Shown piece after piece: positions 30,909-39,915 of a stretch of DNA of 64,000 nt. The stretch comes from an uncultured Gemmatimonadaceae bacterium (GTDB taxonomy: Bacteria > Gemmatimonadota > Gemmatimonadetes > Gemmatimonadales > GWC2-71-9), in contig CAZXRC010000003.1 of NCBI GenBank assembly GCA_964642475.1, forward strand, positions 46,393 to 110,392, read 5' to 3'. Below the pieces are notes generated by a model. The model made no database searches and was not told the DNA's origin. It saw only the letters and a program-made list of their open reading frames with translations. Within the stretch, counting starts at the first letter, position 1, and every line of letters starts with the position of its first letter. Position numbers and translations under genes: made by a program.

Positions 30909-31863
30909 GGTTGAACACCACCTCGAAGCTGAAGGTCTTGGCCTTGCTCCGGGACTCGATGTGCTCCGCAATCCGCTGGAGCCGGGCGGGGATCTCCATG
31001 ATCTTCTCCTGCGCCTTGCGTCCCAGCTCGTTGAGCCCGTTGACGGCATCGATCCGCCAGTAGCGGATCTGCTCCTGCACGATGCGCAGGTAGTCCCGCG
31101 GGCCATAGATCCCGGACCGGCGGATCACGTCCGCGATCTCGCGGAAGCCGGGCATGGTGTGGCCGGGCATCTCGATGCTGGGGAGGATGTGGGCCGCCGA
31201 GATCAGGGCCTCGTTGGGATCCCGTTTGAGGATCTCCTCGAAGATGGTGCGGTAGAAGCTGAAGTGGCGCGCTTCCTCGGTGGCCACGTTCCCCAGCACC
31301 TCGGCCAGGAGCGGCTCGTATTCCCCGATGATGCGGCCGGTCTCGGAATGGGACTGCTGGGTGGCCCGCTCCTGGAGGGTGGTGTAGGCGAACACCCGGT
31401 AGGGGTCCTTGTCCCAGACCGGCTGGAACCCGCTCTTGAGATAGCTGAACTGCATCTGCTCCAGCCGGGTCTGATCGAGGATCCGGGTGTCGCGGATGTA
31501 ATCATGCAGGATCACGCCGTGTCGGTCCTCCTCGGCGGTCCAGAGGTTGTTCCAGGCCTGCCAGTGGCTCGCGTCGCCCAGGTACACCGCCAGCAGCCGG
31601 TGAAAGTGCGGTAATCCTTCCTCGGTCAGCATGTTGAGCGCGAGGGCCGCCCGGGCGGAGTCGGGAATCCCCGCGGCCCGCTTGCGCAGCGCCGCGACGT
31701 GGGCATCCGGGTCGTCACCGGGCCGGGGGCCCAGCACCTCGTTGGGCATCCAGAGCGGACGCTTCCGCTCGTGCTGCTCCATGAGGTCCAGGACCGTCTG
31801 TTCGAGGTCACGAAGGACCTCGACCTTGGTGAAGAACTGGCGTGCGGCTTCGGTCAACGTCAT
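30889..31863 (-). CDS. Soluble acyl-ACP desaturase (di-iron, stearoyl-ACP desaturase family)
   Basis: Two di-iron ExxH motifs in the expected context (WTAEEDRHG and ATEEARHFSFY). Length is 324 aa. Confidence 0.88.
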   Translation of the reverse strand: MTLTEAARQFFTKVEVLRDLEQTVLDLMEQHERKRPLWMPNEVLGPRPGDDPDAHVAALRKRAAGIPDSARAALALNMLTEEGLPHFHRLLAVYLGDASHWQAWNNLWTAEEDRHGVILHDYIRDTRILDQTRLEQMQFSYLKSGFQPVWDKDPYRVFAYTTLQERATQQSHSETGRIIGEYEPLLAEVLGNVATEEARHFSFYRTIFEEILKRDPNEALISAAHILPSIEMPGHTMPGFREIADVIRRSGIYGPRDYLRIVQEQIRYWRIDAVNGLNELGRKAQEKIMEIPARLQRIAEHIESRSKAKTFSFEVVFNREFAME

Positions 31864-31952
31864 CGCTCGTGCGTGTCCCTTCCAGCGAGATGCGGCCCGG
31901 TGCTGTGCCGGGCCGCGGAATCTGCAGCGATATGCAGGGGTGGAGCGGAAGG

Positions 31953-31980
31953 CGAAGAATACCGGTCCCGCCGGCGGGAC
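31953..31980 (-). terminator. Terminator-like hairpin after the GNAT gene
   Basis: The minus strand reads GTCCCGCCGGCGGGAC (a palindromic stem) followed by CGGTATTCTTCGCC. Confidence 0.45.
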
Positions 31981-31981
31981 G

Positions 31982-32413
31982 CTAGGTGGTTTCGCTGAGC
32001 CGCTTCTCCATCAGATACCAGGTCCGTCCGCCGATGTAGTGGTCCCGGCGCATGACCCGATTCCAGCCGAACGCGAGCAGCTCGCCCTCGCCGGCCAGGT
32101 CGTCGGTCCAGAACTCGAGCAGGTGGGCACCGCCCTCGAGTGCCCGCTCTTCCACCGCCTCCAGCAGCCGGTGGGCGTATCCCATGTGGCGCTCTTCCTG
32201 TCGGACCGCGATGTCGAGCACATGCGCCACCCCGCCCCGCATGTAATAGCGCAGGCCGCCGATCCAATCGCCGATGGCGTTGCTCAGGATCAGGTAGTGT
32301 TCCTCGAGGAACACCGGATCCCCGGTCGCCTCCTCCTCACGCTGGGTGAGGTCGGCAAACCAGTCGGCGAATTCCTCGCCGTTTTCCATTTCCCGAATCG
32401 TGAGTTCGCTCAT
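31982..32413 (-). CDS. GNAT family N-acetyltransferase
   Basis: GNAT core (VLDIAVRQEERHMGYAHRLLEAVEERA). ATG 32413 is preceded by AAGGAG at appropriate spacing. The ORF track starts two codons earlier at a GTG. Confidence 0.8.
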   Translation of the reverse strand: MSELTIREMENGEEFADWFADLTQREEEATGDPVFLEEHYLILSNAIGDWIGGLRYYMRGGVAHVLDIAVRQEERHMGYAHRLLEAVEERALEGGAHLLEFWTDDLAGEGELLAFGWNRVMRRDHYIGGRTWYLMEKRLSETT

Positions 32414-32471
32414 CCTCACTCCTTGGTATCGGACAGCGGCACGGATGCTCCACTGTTCCTAACGCGGGAGG

Positions 32472-32487
32472 TGCAACCTTGGTGCCA
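32472..32487 (-). promoter_or_regulatory. Sigma-54 promoter candidate (TGGCAC-N5-TTGCA, full consensus match)
   Basis: The minus strand reads TGGCACCAAGGTTGCA. It is intergenic, about 58 nt upstream of the GNAT ATG and correctly oriented. Confidence 0.55.
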
Positions 32488-32635
32488 GCCGCCCCGGCAG
32501 GTACCGGTGCGGTCAGGTAATCTAATCACTTCTCCGGCAAGCACTTGCCGGCTTGGCCCAGGGAAACCCTGGCGCGGGGGGCTAGACGGGGCTCAAAAAG
32601 GGGACAGGGGAGATCCGTTTCAGGATACTCCCCGG

Positions 32636-33979
32636 CTATCGGAGCCCTGTGGCGATCCCGGTCACCAGGCTCAGCACCGCCGCCCCCGCCAGGAAGAGCA
32701 GGAGCCGCCCCAGAAAGCGCATCCACTCCTCGTACCGGGTCCCGGTGGCCGCCAGCATCGCCATCAGCGCCCCGTTGGTCGGAGTCACCAGCTCGCACAA
32801 CCCCGCGCCGTACTGATAGGCCAGCACGACCACCTGACGGGTCAGCCCGAGGAGGTCGGACAACGGCACCAGCACCGGCATGGTCAGCACCGCCTGGCCG
32901 CTGGTGCTGGGCACCGGCACGTGGACCAGGGCCTGGACCAGCATCATGCCGACCGCGGAGAGCATCAGCGGCAGGTCGGCGATGGGGGTGAACGCCGCGT
33001 GCACGATGGTGTCGACGATCCGCCCCTGGTCGAGCACCACGAAGATTCCCCGGGCGAACCCGATGAGGAGCGCGGCGTAAGCCAGCGATCCGAACCCGGT
33101 GACGAAGGCGTCCGCGGTGCCGCCGATGCCCAGTCGCCCGATCAGCCCCACCGCGACTCCCATCAGGAAGAACAGGGCCGCGAACTGGTCGAAGTCCCAG
33201 CCCCAGCGCTGGGCCCCGACCACGAACAGCACGAACGTCGCCAGGACCACCGCCAGAATGACCCCGTCGCGGGCCAGCGAGTGCTCCTCTGCCCCGGCGG
33301 GCGGGTCGGCGGGAACGGCCCGGGCCCCCCGGGTGCGCCTGGCATAACGCAGGGTCCCCCAGATCCAGATCGTCATCGCCAGGGCCAGGAAGACCATTCG
33401 GAACCAGAGGCCGGACTGGGGCGGCAGTTCCGCCACTTTCTGGGCGATGACCACCTGAAAGGGGTTCACCGGACTGAAGGCAGCTCCCACGCCGGCGGCT
33501 CCGATGCTCACCGCGCACGCCACCACCGGTGTGAAGCCCAGACGGCCGGTGAGCAGGAGCAGCATCGGTACGAAGGCGATCAGCTCCTCCTGCATCTGGA
33601 TCAGGGCACCCCCCGCACCGAAGGCCAGACAGGTAATGGGAATGACCAGCGACTCCCGCCCTTCCAGCCGAGCCACAAGGCTCGCCACCAGCCGGGTCGA
33701 GGCGCCGGTCCGTTCGACCACGGCGAACGCCCCGCCCACCAGGAAGACGTAGAAGATCACGCCCGCCGCGTCGGCCATGCCGCGCGGAATCGCGGTGATC
33801 GCATCGAGGACCGGGACCGGCGCCGGCGGTACCTCATGGTAGGTGCCGGCCACGACGACGCGCCGTCCGGTGACGGGGTCATCCCGTCGCTCAAACTCTC
33901 CCGCCGGGAGGATCCAGCTGAGTGCCGCGGCCAGCAGAATGCAGCCCACCAGCAGCGGGAGGGGATGGGGAAAGCGCAT
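32636..33979 (-). CDS. YfcC/DcuC-like anaerobic C4-dicarboxylate or basic amino-acid transporter family membrane protein
   Basis: A polytopic membrane protein. The internal ATG at 33979 (MRFPHPLPLLVGCILLAAALSWILPAGEFERR...) matches typical YfcC N-termini. Confidence 0.78.
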   Translation of the reverse strand: MRFPHPLPLLVGCILLAAALSWILPAGEFERRDDPVTGRRVVVAGTYHEVPPAPVPVLDAITAIPRGMADAAGVIFYVFLVGGAFAVVERTGASTRLVASLVARLEGRESLVIPITCLAFGAGGALIQMQEELIAFVPMLLLLTGRLGFTPVVACAVSIGAAGVGAAFSPVNPFQVVIAQKVAELPPQSGLWFRMVFLALAMTIWIWGTLRYARRTRGARAVPADPPAGAEEHSLARDGVILAVVLATFVLFVVGAQRWGWDFDQFAALFFLMGVAVGLIGRLGIGGTADAFVTGFGSLAYAALLIGFARGIFVVLDQGRIVDTIVHAAFTPIADLPLMLSAVGMMLVQALVHVPVPSTSGQAVLTMPVLVPLSDLLGLTRQVVVLAYQYGAGLCELVTPTNGALMAMLAATGTRYEEWMRFLGRLLLFLAGAAVLSLVTGIATGLR

Positions 33980-34071
33980 GGATCCGGGTCGGGAGTAGGG
34001 GCGGTAAGCGGTGCGGCGTGGGCGTCGAGGAGGGGGAGGGCTCGCTCCTCGCATCCCTCACCCCCGATCGC

Positions 34072-34341
34072 TCACCGGGTCTTGCACTGGGCCGAAACCG
34101 GCGTAACGCGGCCGCAGGCGATAGCGTCGTTCATGCCATTCGTGAGGATGCCGCAGGCGGTGGTCTGGGCCGCCTGACGGGCGTCGCTTTCGTTCTCGTG
34201 GGAGGCCACGGCGCAGTTCCGCCTGCCGTTGTACTCGACGCACACCGCGCACTCCACCTTCTGGGCGCTCAACGTGTTGAACAGGAGCAGCGCGCCGAAC
34301 AGCACGATGGCAACGAGGGTGATGATGGTGCCGCGTTTCAT
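34072..34341 (-). CDS. Small secreted/membrane-anchored Cys-rich protein
   Basis: 89 aa. N-terminal hydrophobic segment MKRGTIITLVAIVLFGALLLF, six Cys in the roughly 60-aa mature part, and GC3-rich codons. Confidence 0.65.
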   Translation of the reverse strand: MKRGTIITLVAIVLFGALLLFNTLSAQKVECAVCVEYNGRRNCAVASHENESDARQAAQTTACGILTNGMNDAIACGRVTPVSAQCKTR

Positions 34342-34423
34342 GGGTCGATCGCGATAGGGTTGGGCGGGCCACGCTCGGGGGTCTCGGAGAGCTTAGTGGC
34401 CCGCGGTCACTTCGGCCAGAGCG

Positions 34424-35146
34424 CTACCCGCCGGAGCGGAGGGCGCCCACCACCCCCGGCAGGGACCCTGCCAGCCACATGAGGCCCGCGGCCAGGAAGG
34501 CCCGACCCCTGGGCATCCGCCCCATCACCGACATCCCGACGCCGAGCAGGAAGGTGACCCAGAGGGTGAAGACGTCCACCCGCCCCAGGAGGGCCAGCAG
34601 GAGGGAATTGGACGGATCGAGGAATCGGCCGACTCCCAGGGAAATGCTGTAACGCGACGTGATGGCGTCTTCCGGCAGCACCAGCAGCTGCACCGCTCCG
34701 AGGATCGCTTCGATCGCGCGGGGGAAAAAGGCATAGGTCGAGACCATCATGATCTGCCCGATCTCGGCCTTGCTCTCCAGCACCTTGCCGATCACCCAGT
34801 AGACCAGGCCGGCGAGGAGAGGAAGCACAAACCAGGTGCCCACGATGCCGGGCACCAGGAACTTCTGGGTCATCTGCTTCGCCGCGGCGACCCGCTCGGG
34901 GGTGAGTTGAGGGTTCTTCGCCGCGGCGAGCGCCATGTTGCGATTCCACTCGACGTCGAAGATCGGCTCCATGATCCCCCGAAACGCCAGCGTCAGCCCC
35001 GCCATAATGACCACCAGTACCACGAGGGCCAGCCCGAAAGCCGGTGTCTCCCGTCGGCGGGTGAACACGGCGGTCGGCGCGTAGAAGATCTCCAGCAGGT
35101 CTTCCCACAGCGACGGGGGCCGCTCGGCGGGAACGGATCCGGTCAT
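34424..35146 (-). CDS. Yip1-domain (DUF1282-like) membrane protein
   Basis: The 341-aa ORF trimmed to ATG 35146 (MTGSVPAERPPSLWEDLLEIFYAPTAVF...). Five predicted transmembrane helices. Confidence 0.75.
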   Translation of the reverse strand: MTGSVPAERPPSLWEDLLEIFYAPTAVFTRRRETPAFGLALVVLVVIMAGLTLAFRGIMEPIFDVEWNRNMALAAAKNPQLTPERVAAAKQMTQKFLVPGIVGTWFVLPLLAGLVYWVIGKVLESKAEIGQIMMVSTYAFFPRAIEAILGAVQLLVLPEDAITSRYSISLGVGRFLDPSNSLLLALLGRVDVFTLWVTFLLGVGMSVMGRMPRGRAFLAAGLMWLAGSLPGVVGALRSGG

Positions 35147-35385
35147 GGCGAGTCTCTCCTGAGAGGGTCCCACAATACTACCCGTCTCCGGGCACTTGTC
35201 AGCAGGGCCCGCGCTACTGCCCCCACCGTGCAACCCGCGGCCCCCGTCTTGGACTTCCGCGTTCCCCACCTGGGGGCCGGGAGGGCTCGTTGTTTCCCGG
35301 CCAGCCTCGCGTAAGTACAAACCCGAAAGTGGGTTGCGCCTGAGAGCCAGGATCAGGCAGCCCATTCCGAAGCCATGTTCAACGT

Positions 35386-35401
35386 TGGCCCCCTTCTTGC
35401 C
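35386..35401 (+). promoter_or_regulatory. Sigma-54-type promoter candidate (TGGCCC-N5-TTGCC) upstream of the che operon
   Basis: GG and GC elements are at canonical spacing, 47 nt upstream of the first cheY ATG, within a 300-nt divergent intergenic region. Confidence 0.35.
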
Positions 35402-35447
35402 GATTTCCGATAGCGATTCCCCCTGTTCCGAGCAGTTGGAGGTCGCC

Positions 35448-35825
35448 ATGCGGATTCTCGTGGTCGAGGACTCGCCGCTGGTCCAGAAGATGTATGGGCT
35501 CGCGTTTCCCCAGCGTCAGCACACGCTGGTTACCGCGGCGAATGGGCGCGTGGCCCTTTCGCTCCTCGACTCGGAGGGCGGCACCTTCGACCTGATCCTG
35601 CTCGATCTCCGGATGCCGGATATGAACGGGGTGGAGTTTCTGAGCGCGCTGCGGCGCCATACCGTCGCCCCCATTCCGGTGGTGCTGACGACGGCCGAGC
35701 CGCCAGGGTCGCCCATGGTGGAGCAGGCCAGGGCCCTGGGCGCTGCCGCGGTGGTCCACAAGCCCTGGCACCCGAACGAGCTTCGCGACCTGGTCCGGCA
35801 GGTGGTGCCGGAGGAGATCGCCTGA
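35448..35825 (+). CDS. cheY: Single-domain response regulator (CheY-like) 1
   Basis: MRILVVEDSP..., phospho-acceptor context LILLDLRMPDMNG, conserved Lys in VHKPW. ATG 35448 lies inside the longer ORF. Confidence 0.88.
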   Translation: MRILVVEDSPLVQKMYGLAFPQRQHTLVTAANGRVALSLLDSEGGTFDLILLDLRMPDMNGVEFLSALRRHTVAPIPVVLTTAEPPGSPMVEQARALGAAAVVHKPWHPNELRDLVRQVVPEEIA

Positions 35826-36226
35826 TGCACGGCACCTGTCTGGTCGTGGACGATTCGCGGCTGCATCACCAGATGTACCAGATGATTTTCCGCCGGCCCG
35901 AGCTGGCGGGCTGCACGCTGCTCCACGCCTTCGATGGACGCGAGGGTTACACCCTGCTTCGGGCCCACCCTGAGCTCCGCCTGGTCTTCCTCGACCTGAA
36001 CATGCCGGTGATGACCGGTCTCGAGTTCCTCCACCGGCGCCGGGAAGAGGATCTGCATCCGCATGTGCCGGTGGTGCTGGTCACGACCGAGTCCACCGCC
36101 GAAGACGAGGCCCGCGGGATCGAGGCCGGCGCCTGGGGATACCTCTGCAAGCCGTTCCAGCCGGAGCAGCTGCTGGCCCTGGTGGCCCGCGCCTCCCGCC
36201 TCTCGCAGCACGCGTCGCGACCATGA
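35825..36226 (+). CDS. cheY: Single-domain response regulator (CheY-like) 2
   Basis: CLVVDDS..., LVFLDLNMPVMTG, YLCKPF. Its start codon overlaps the stop of the upstream cheY-like gene by 1 nt (TGATG at 35823-35827), and its own stop overlaps the cheA start by 4 nt. Confidence 0.88.
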   Translation: MHGTCLVVDDSRLHHQMYQMIFRRPELAGCTLLHAFDGREGYTLLRAHPELRLVFLDLNMPVMTGLEFLHRRREEDLHPHVPVVLVTTESTAEDEARGIEAGAWGYLCKPFQPEQLLALVARASRLSQHASRP

Positions 36227-37917
36227 GCCCGCCGCAACACCCCTTCGCCGCCCTGCTGGCCGAGTATGTCGCCGAGTGCCTGCCGCTGGCCGAGGACGCC
36301 GCCGAACGAGCGGTCGCGCTCGAACGCGAATGGAGAGAGCAGGGGGACGACGAGGACCTGGCCCGGCCGCTCAAGGGAACGCTCCACACGATCAAGGGCA
36401 ACTCGGCCATGATGGGCCTCATCGGCCTCCAGACCCTGACCCACCGTCTGGAAGACCTCTGGAGTGCGCTGCTGGCCGATCGGGACAGCCGTTCCGCCGG
36501 CGGGTCGCTGCTGGTGCGGGGCACCGGTCTTCTGGCCGACCTGGTGCGCTCCACCGCCTCGGCCCCTCCGGCGGAGGACGCCGCGGCGGCCTTCCTCGAG
36601 GAGATCGAGGCCTTTCTGGCGGGGGACCCGGGAGCGCGCGAGGCGGCCCGCGCGGAGCGACGGGCGCCCGACCGACGCGCCAGCGAGCGTCGGCACACCC
36701 GGGCGGTCGGGGAGATCGGGGCGGATGGTGTCGTCACCACGGTCCGGGTCGAATCGCACCGGCTGGATGCGCTGCTCGAGACCTTCGGCGAGGTGATGAT
36801 CGCCCAGGCGGGCCTGCGCGACGCGGTGCGCCAGCGGCGTGGCCGTGCACCCGGGGATCCGGCGCATCTCGAGCGATCCATGCTGGGACTCGAGCGCACC
36901 CTCAAGCGACTGGAACACGATCTCATGGAGACCCGGTTGTTGCCGGTCTCGACCGTCTTCACCCGCTTTACCCGGCTGGTGCGCGACCTGGCTCATGGCG
37001 AAGGGAAGCTGGTGCGCCTCGCCGTCGCGGGGGGCGAGACCCGGCTCGACAAGACGATGATCGATCGGCTGGGCGAGCCGCTGGTGCACCTGCTCACCAA
37101 TGCGGTCATTCACGGGATCGAGCCTCCCGAGGAGCGCCTGGCCCGCGGCAAGCCGGCCGAGGCGGTGGTCACCCTGCGGGCGGTGCAGCGCTCCGATCGG
37201 GTGATCCTGACAGTGACCGACGACGGCCGCGGCCTCGACCCCGAGGCCATCCTTCGGAAGGCCCGGGCCCAGGGCCAGGCGCCGGCCACCGATACCCTGT
37301 CGCTCTCGGAGGTGTATGCCCTCGCCTTCCTCCCCGGGATCTCGACTGCGGACACGGTCTCCCACCTCTCGGGCCGGGGCGTGGGGCTGGACGTTGTCGC
37401 CAGCTCCATTCGGGCCCTGTCCGGGAACGTGGCGGTGGGGAGCGAGCCCGGGCGGGGCACCACCTTCTCGCTCCGGCTCCCGCTGACGGTGGCGGTGCTG
37501 CGCTCGCTGCTGGTGGAGGTCGATGGGGAGCGCTACGCCCTGCCCCTGGTCGACGTGGCCGAGACCGTCCGAGTCGAGGCCGGGATGATGCACCAGGTGG
37601 TGCGCCAGGGGATGATGAGCTGGCGCGGGGAAGTGATTCCCCTGCTCGACGGCGGGCAACTGCTGGGCCGGCCTTCCGACCGGCAGCGGACCTACTGTGT
37701 CGTGCTCCGGTCGTCGGGGACCCGGCATCGGGGCCTCATGGTGGACGCGCTCCTCGGACATCAGGACGTAGTGGTAAAGGCCCTGGATCCCGCATTGGGC
37801 CGGCCGCCGGCGGTGGCGGCGGCCACGATCCTGGGCGACGGACGCGTCGCCTGCATTCTCGATACCGGCCGGGTGGCCGACGGGTGGGTCGAGTCCCTTG
37901 CCACCCAGGCATCCTGA
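36223..37917 (+). CDS. cheA: Chemotaxis histidine kinase CheA (Hpt-dimerisation-HATPase-CheW-like; no obvious P2 domain)
   Basis: Hpt site LHTIKGNSAMMG, N-box HLLTNAVIHGIE, G1 DDGRGLD, G2 GRGVGLDVV, and a C-terminal CheW-like domain. Confidence 0.92.
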   Translation: MSPPQHPFAALLAEYVAECLPLAEDAAERAVALEREWREQGDDEDLARPLKGTLHTIKGNSAMMGLIGLQTLTHRLEDLWSALLADRDSRSAGGSLLVRGTGLLADLVRSTASAPPAEDAAAAFLEEIEAFLAGDPGAREAARAERRAPDRRASERRHTRAVGEIGADGVVTTVRVESHRLDALLETFGEVMIAQAGLRDAVRQRRGRAPGDPAHLERSMLGLERTLKRLEHDLMETRLLPVSTVFTRFTRLVRDLAHGEGKLVRLAVAGGETRLDKTMIDRLGEPLVHLLTNAVIHGIEPPEERLARGKPAEAVVTLRAVQRSDRVILTVTDDGRGLDPEAILRKARAQGQAPATDTLSLSEVYALAFLPGISTADTVSHLSGRGVGLDVVASSIRALSGNVAVGSEPGRGTTFSLRLPLTVAVLRSLLVEVDGERYALPLVDVAETVRVEAGMMHQVVRQGMMSWRGEVIPLLDGGQLLGRPSDRQRTYCVVLRSSGTRHRGLMVDALLGHQDVVVKALDPALGRPPAVAAATILGDGRVACILDTGRVADGWVESLATQAS

Positions 37918-37923
37918 GGGTTC

Positions 37924-38439
37924 ATGCCCGACAGCATCCTCGATTTTGCCGCGCACCTCGAGTCCCCTCCCGCCGCCCCCGCGGTGGTCGAGCGGGAGCT
38001 GCATCTGGTGGTGTTCCGGCTGGACCGGGAGGAGTACGGGATTCCGATCGACGCGGTGCGTGAGGTCGTCCGCGTGGCCGACGTGACCCGGGTGCCGCAT
38101 GCGCCGGCCGATATCCGCGGGGTCATGAATCTGCGCGGCCGGATTCTCCCGATCGTCGAAATCCGCTCGCGTCTCGGCCTGGCGCCCGCCGAGCTCACCC
38201 CCGCGGCCCGGGTGGTGGTGGTCGAAGTGGCGGGACGGGTGCTGGGTCTGCTGGTCGACGCGGTGGGCCAGGTGGTCCGGGTGGGCGAGGGTCAGCTGGC
38301 CCTCCCGCCCGACGAAGTCCGCGCCGCCGGCGCCGAGGCGGTGACCGGTGTGGCCCGATTGGGCCAGCGGCTCCTCATTCTCCTCGATCTGACTCGCGCC
38401 CTGTCGGCGTTCTCCCCTTCACCGGTGTCCGCGCCATGA
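37924..38439 (+). CDS. cheW: Chemotaxis coupling protein CheW
   Basis: 171 aa. Typical motifs: [22 protein letters not shown]... and [15 protein letters not shown]. Confidence 0.92.
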   Translation: MPDSILDFAAHLESPPAAPAVVERELHLVVFRLDREEYGIPIDAVREVVRVADVTRVPHAPADIRGVMNLRGRILPIVEIRSRLGLAPAELTPAARVVVVEVAGRVLGLLVDAVGQVVRVGEGQLALPPDEVRAAGAEAVTGVARLGQRLLILLDLTRALSAFSPSPVSAP

Positions 38440-39914
38440 GCGACTCGATCCTCCAGACCATTCGGGACTGGAACATCCGCCGCAAGATCCTCTCGGGCTT
38501 TTCGGTCGTGCTGCTGGTGACCGCCGCCCTCGGCGCCGCGGCCATCGGGGCCCTCGACCGCATGCACGCCGTGGCGCAGAGCGGGGGCGTCGGGAGCGAG
38601 GCGATTTACCGGGACAGCCGGCTCCTGATCTTCGGGCTGCTGGTCACGGCGGTGGTGCTGGGCGTTCTCACCGCCCTCTTCCTCGCCCGGCTCATCGCCG
38701 ACCCGCTCACCCGTCTTGGCCTGGCGGCGGAGGAGGTCTCGAAGGGAGACCTGACCGTCGACATTCGGAGCGGGTCGCGCGACGAGATCGGCTGGCTCGA
38801 ACACCTCATGCGCCAGATGGTGAAGAACCTGCGGGGCATGGTTTCCCAGATCGCCACGTCGTCGCGCACCGTCGCCACCAGCGCCGAGGAGATCTCGGCC
38901 TCGAGCACCCAGATGGCGAAGGGGGCGGAGGCCCAGTCCAGCTCCAGCGAGGAGACCTCGAGCACCATGGTGGAAATGGCCGCCCAGATGCAGGCCCTCA
39001 CCAAGAGCGCCGAGTCCCTGGCGGCGAATGTGGACCAGACGTCGGCCGCCATTCAACAGATGAGCAGCGTCCTGGCCCAGACCGCCTCCAACGGCGAGCA
39101 GCTCCTGACCTCGGTCGAAGGGGTCACGGCGACGCTGACCGAGATGATCGAGACGGTGGGCTCGATCGCCAGCCGGGTCCACCAGGTCGACGAGGTCTCG
39201 CGCAAGTCGGTCTCGGAGGCCAAGAGCGGGGGTGAACGGCTGCACAGCTCCATCGCCGCCATCGACGAGCGTTCCCATGAGATCGGTAAGATCGTGCGGG
39301 TCATCGAGGACATCGCCGACCAGACCAACCTGCTGGCGCTCAATGCCACGATCGAGGCCGCCCGGGCGGGCGACGCCGGCAGGGGGTTCGCGGTGGTGGC
39401 CGACGAGGTCCGTCGTCTGGCCGAACGGTCGGTGCAGGCGACCGGCGAAATCGCCGAGGTGATCGGGAACGTGCAGAAGGAGACTCGCGCGGCGGTGAGC
39501 CTGATGGAACAGGTCCTCTCCGGCATCGTGGGCTCGGTCGACCAGACCTCGCGGCTGGTGACCGAGGCGGCCCACGCCACCGAGGAGCAGGCCGCCGGGG
39601 CCCGGCAGGTGCTCCAGATGGCGGCCAGCATGTCCACCCTGACCCGGCTCATCGCCAATTCGGTGCGGGAGAACGCCGCCGGCGCCCGGGAGATCACCCA
39701 GGCGGCCGAGAAGATGAACCGGCTGACTCACCAGATGTCGGACGCGGTCAACGAGCAGAAGCGGGGCGGGGACATGATCGTCAAGGCGATCGAGTCGATC
39801 GCGCTGGTGTCGCGCCAGAACCTGGTGGCGGTGGAGCAGATGAGCGGCGCGGCCAAGGGTCTGGCCGGCGAGTCGGAGTCGCTCCGCGAACGCATCGAGA
39901 TCTTCCGGACCTGA
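38436..39914 (+). CDS. Methyl-accepting chemotaxis protein with two TM helices separated by a loop of only about 22 aa, then HAMP and signalling domain
   Basis: HAMP domain after TM2. Highly conserved hairpin tip [40 protein letters not shown]. Confidence 0.92.
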   Translation: MSDSILQTIRDWNIRRKILSGFSVVLLVTAALGAAAIGALDRMHAVAQSGGVGSEAIYRDSRLLIFGLLVTAVVLGVLTALFLARLIADPLTRLGLAAEEVSKGDLTVDIRSGSRDEIGWLEHLMRQMVKNLRGMVSQIATSSRTVATSAEEISASSTQMAKGAEAQSSSSEETSSTMVEMAAQMQALTKSAESLAANVDQTSAAIQQMSSVLAQTASNGEQLLTSVEGVTATLTEMIETVGSIASRVHQVDEVSRKSVSEAKSGGERLHSSIAAIDERSHEIGKIVRVIEDIADQTNLLALNATIEAARAGDAGRGFAVVADEVRRLAERSVQATGEIAEVIGNVQKETRAAVSLMEQVLSGIVGSVDQTSRLVTEAAHATEEQAAGARQVLQMAASMSTLTRLIANSVRENAAGAREITQAAEKMNRLTHQMSDAVNEQKRGGDMIVKAIESIALVSRQNLVAVEQMSGAAKGLAGESESLRERIEIFRT

Positions 39915-39915
39915 C

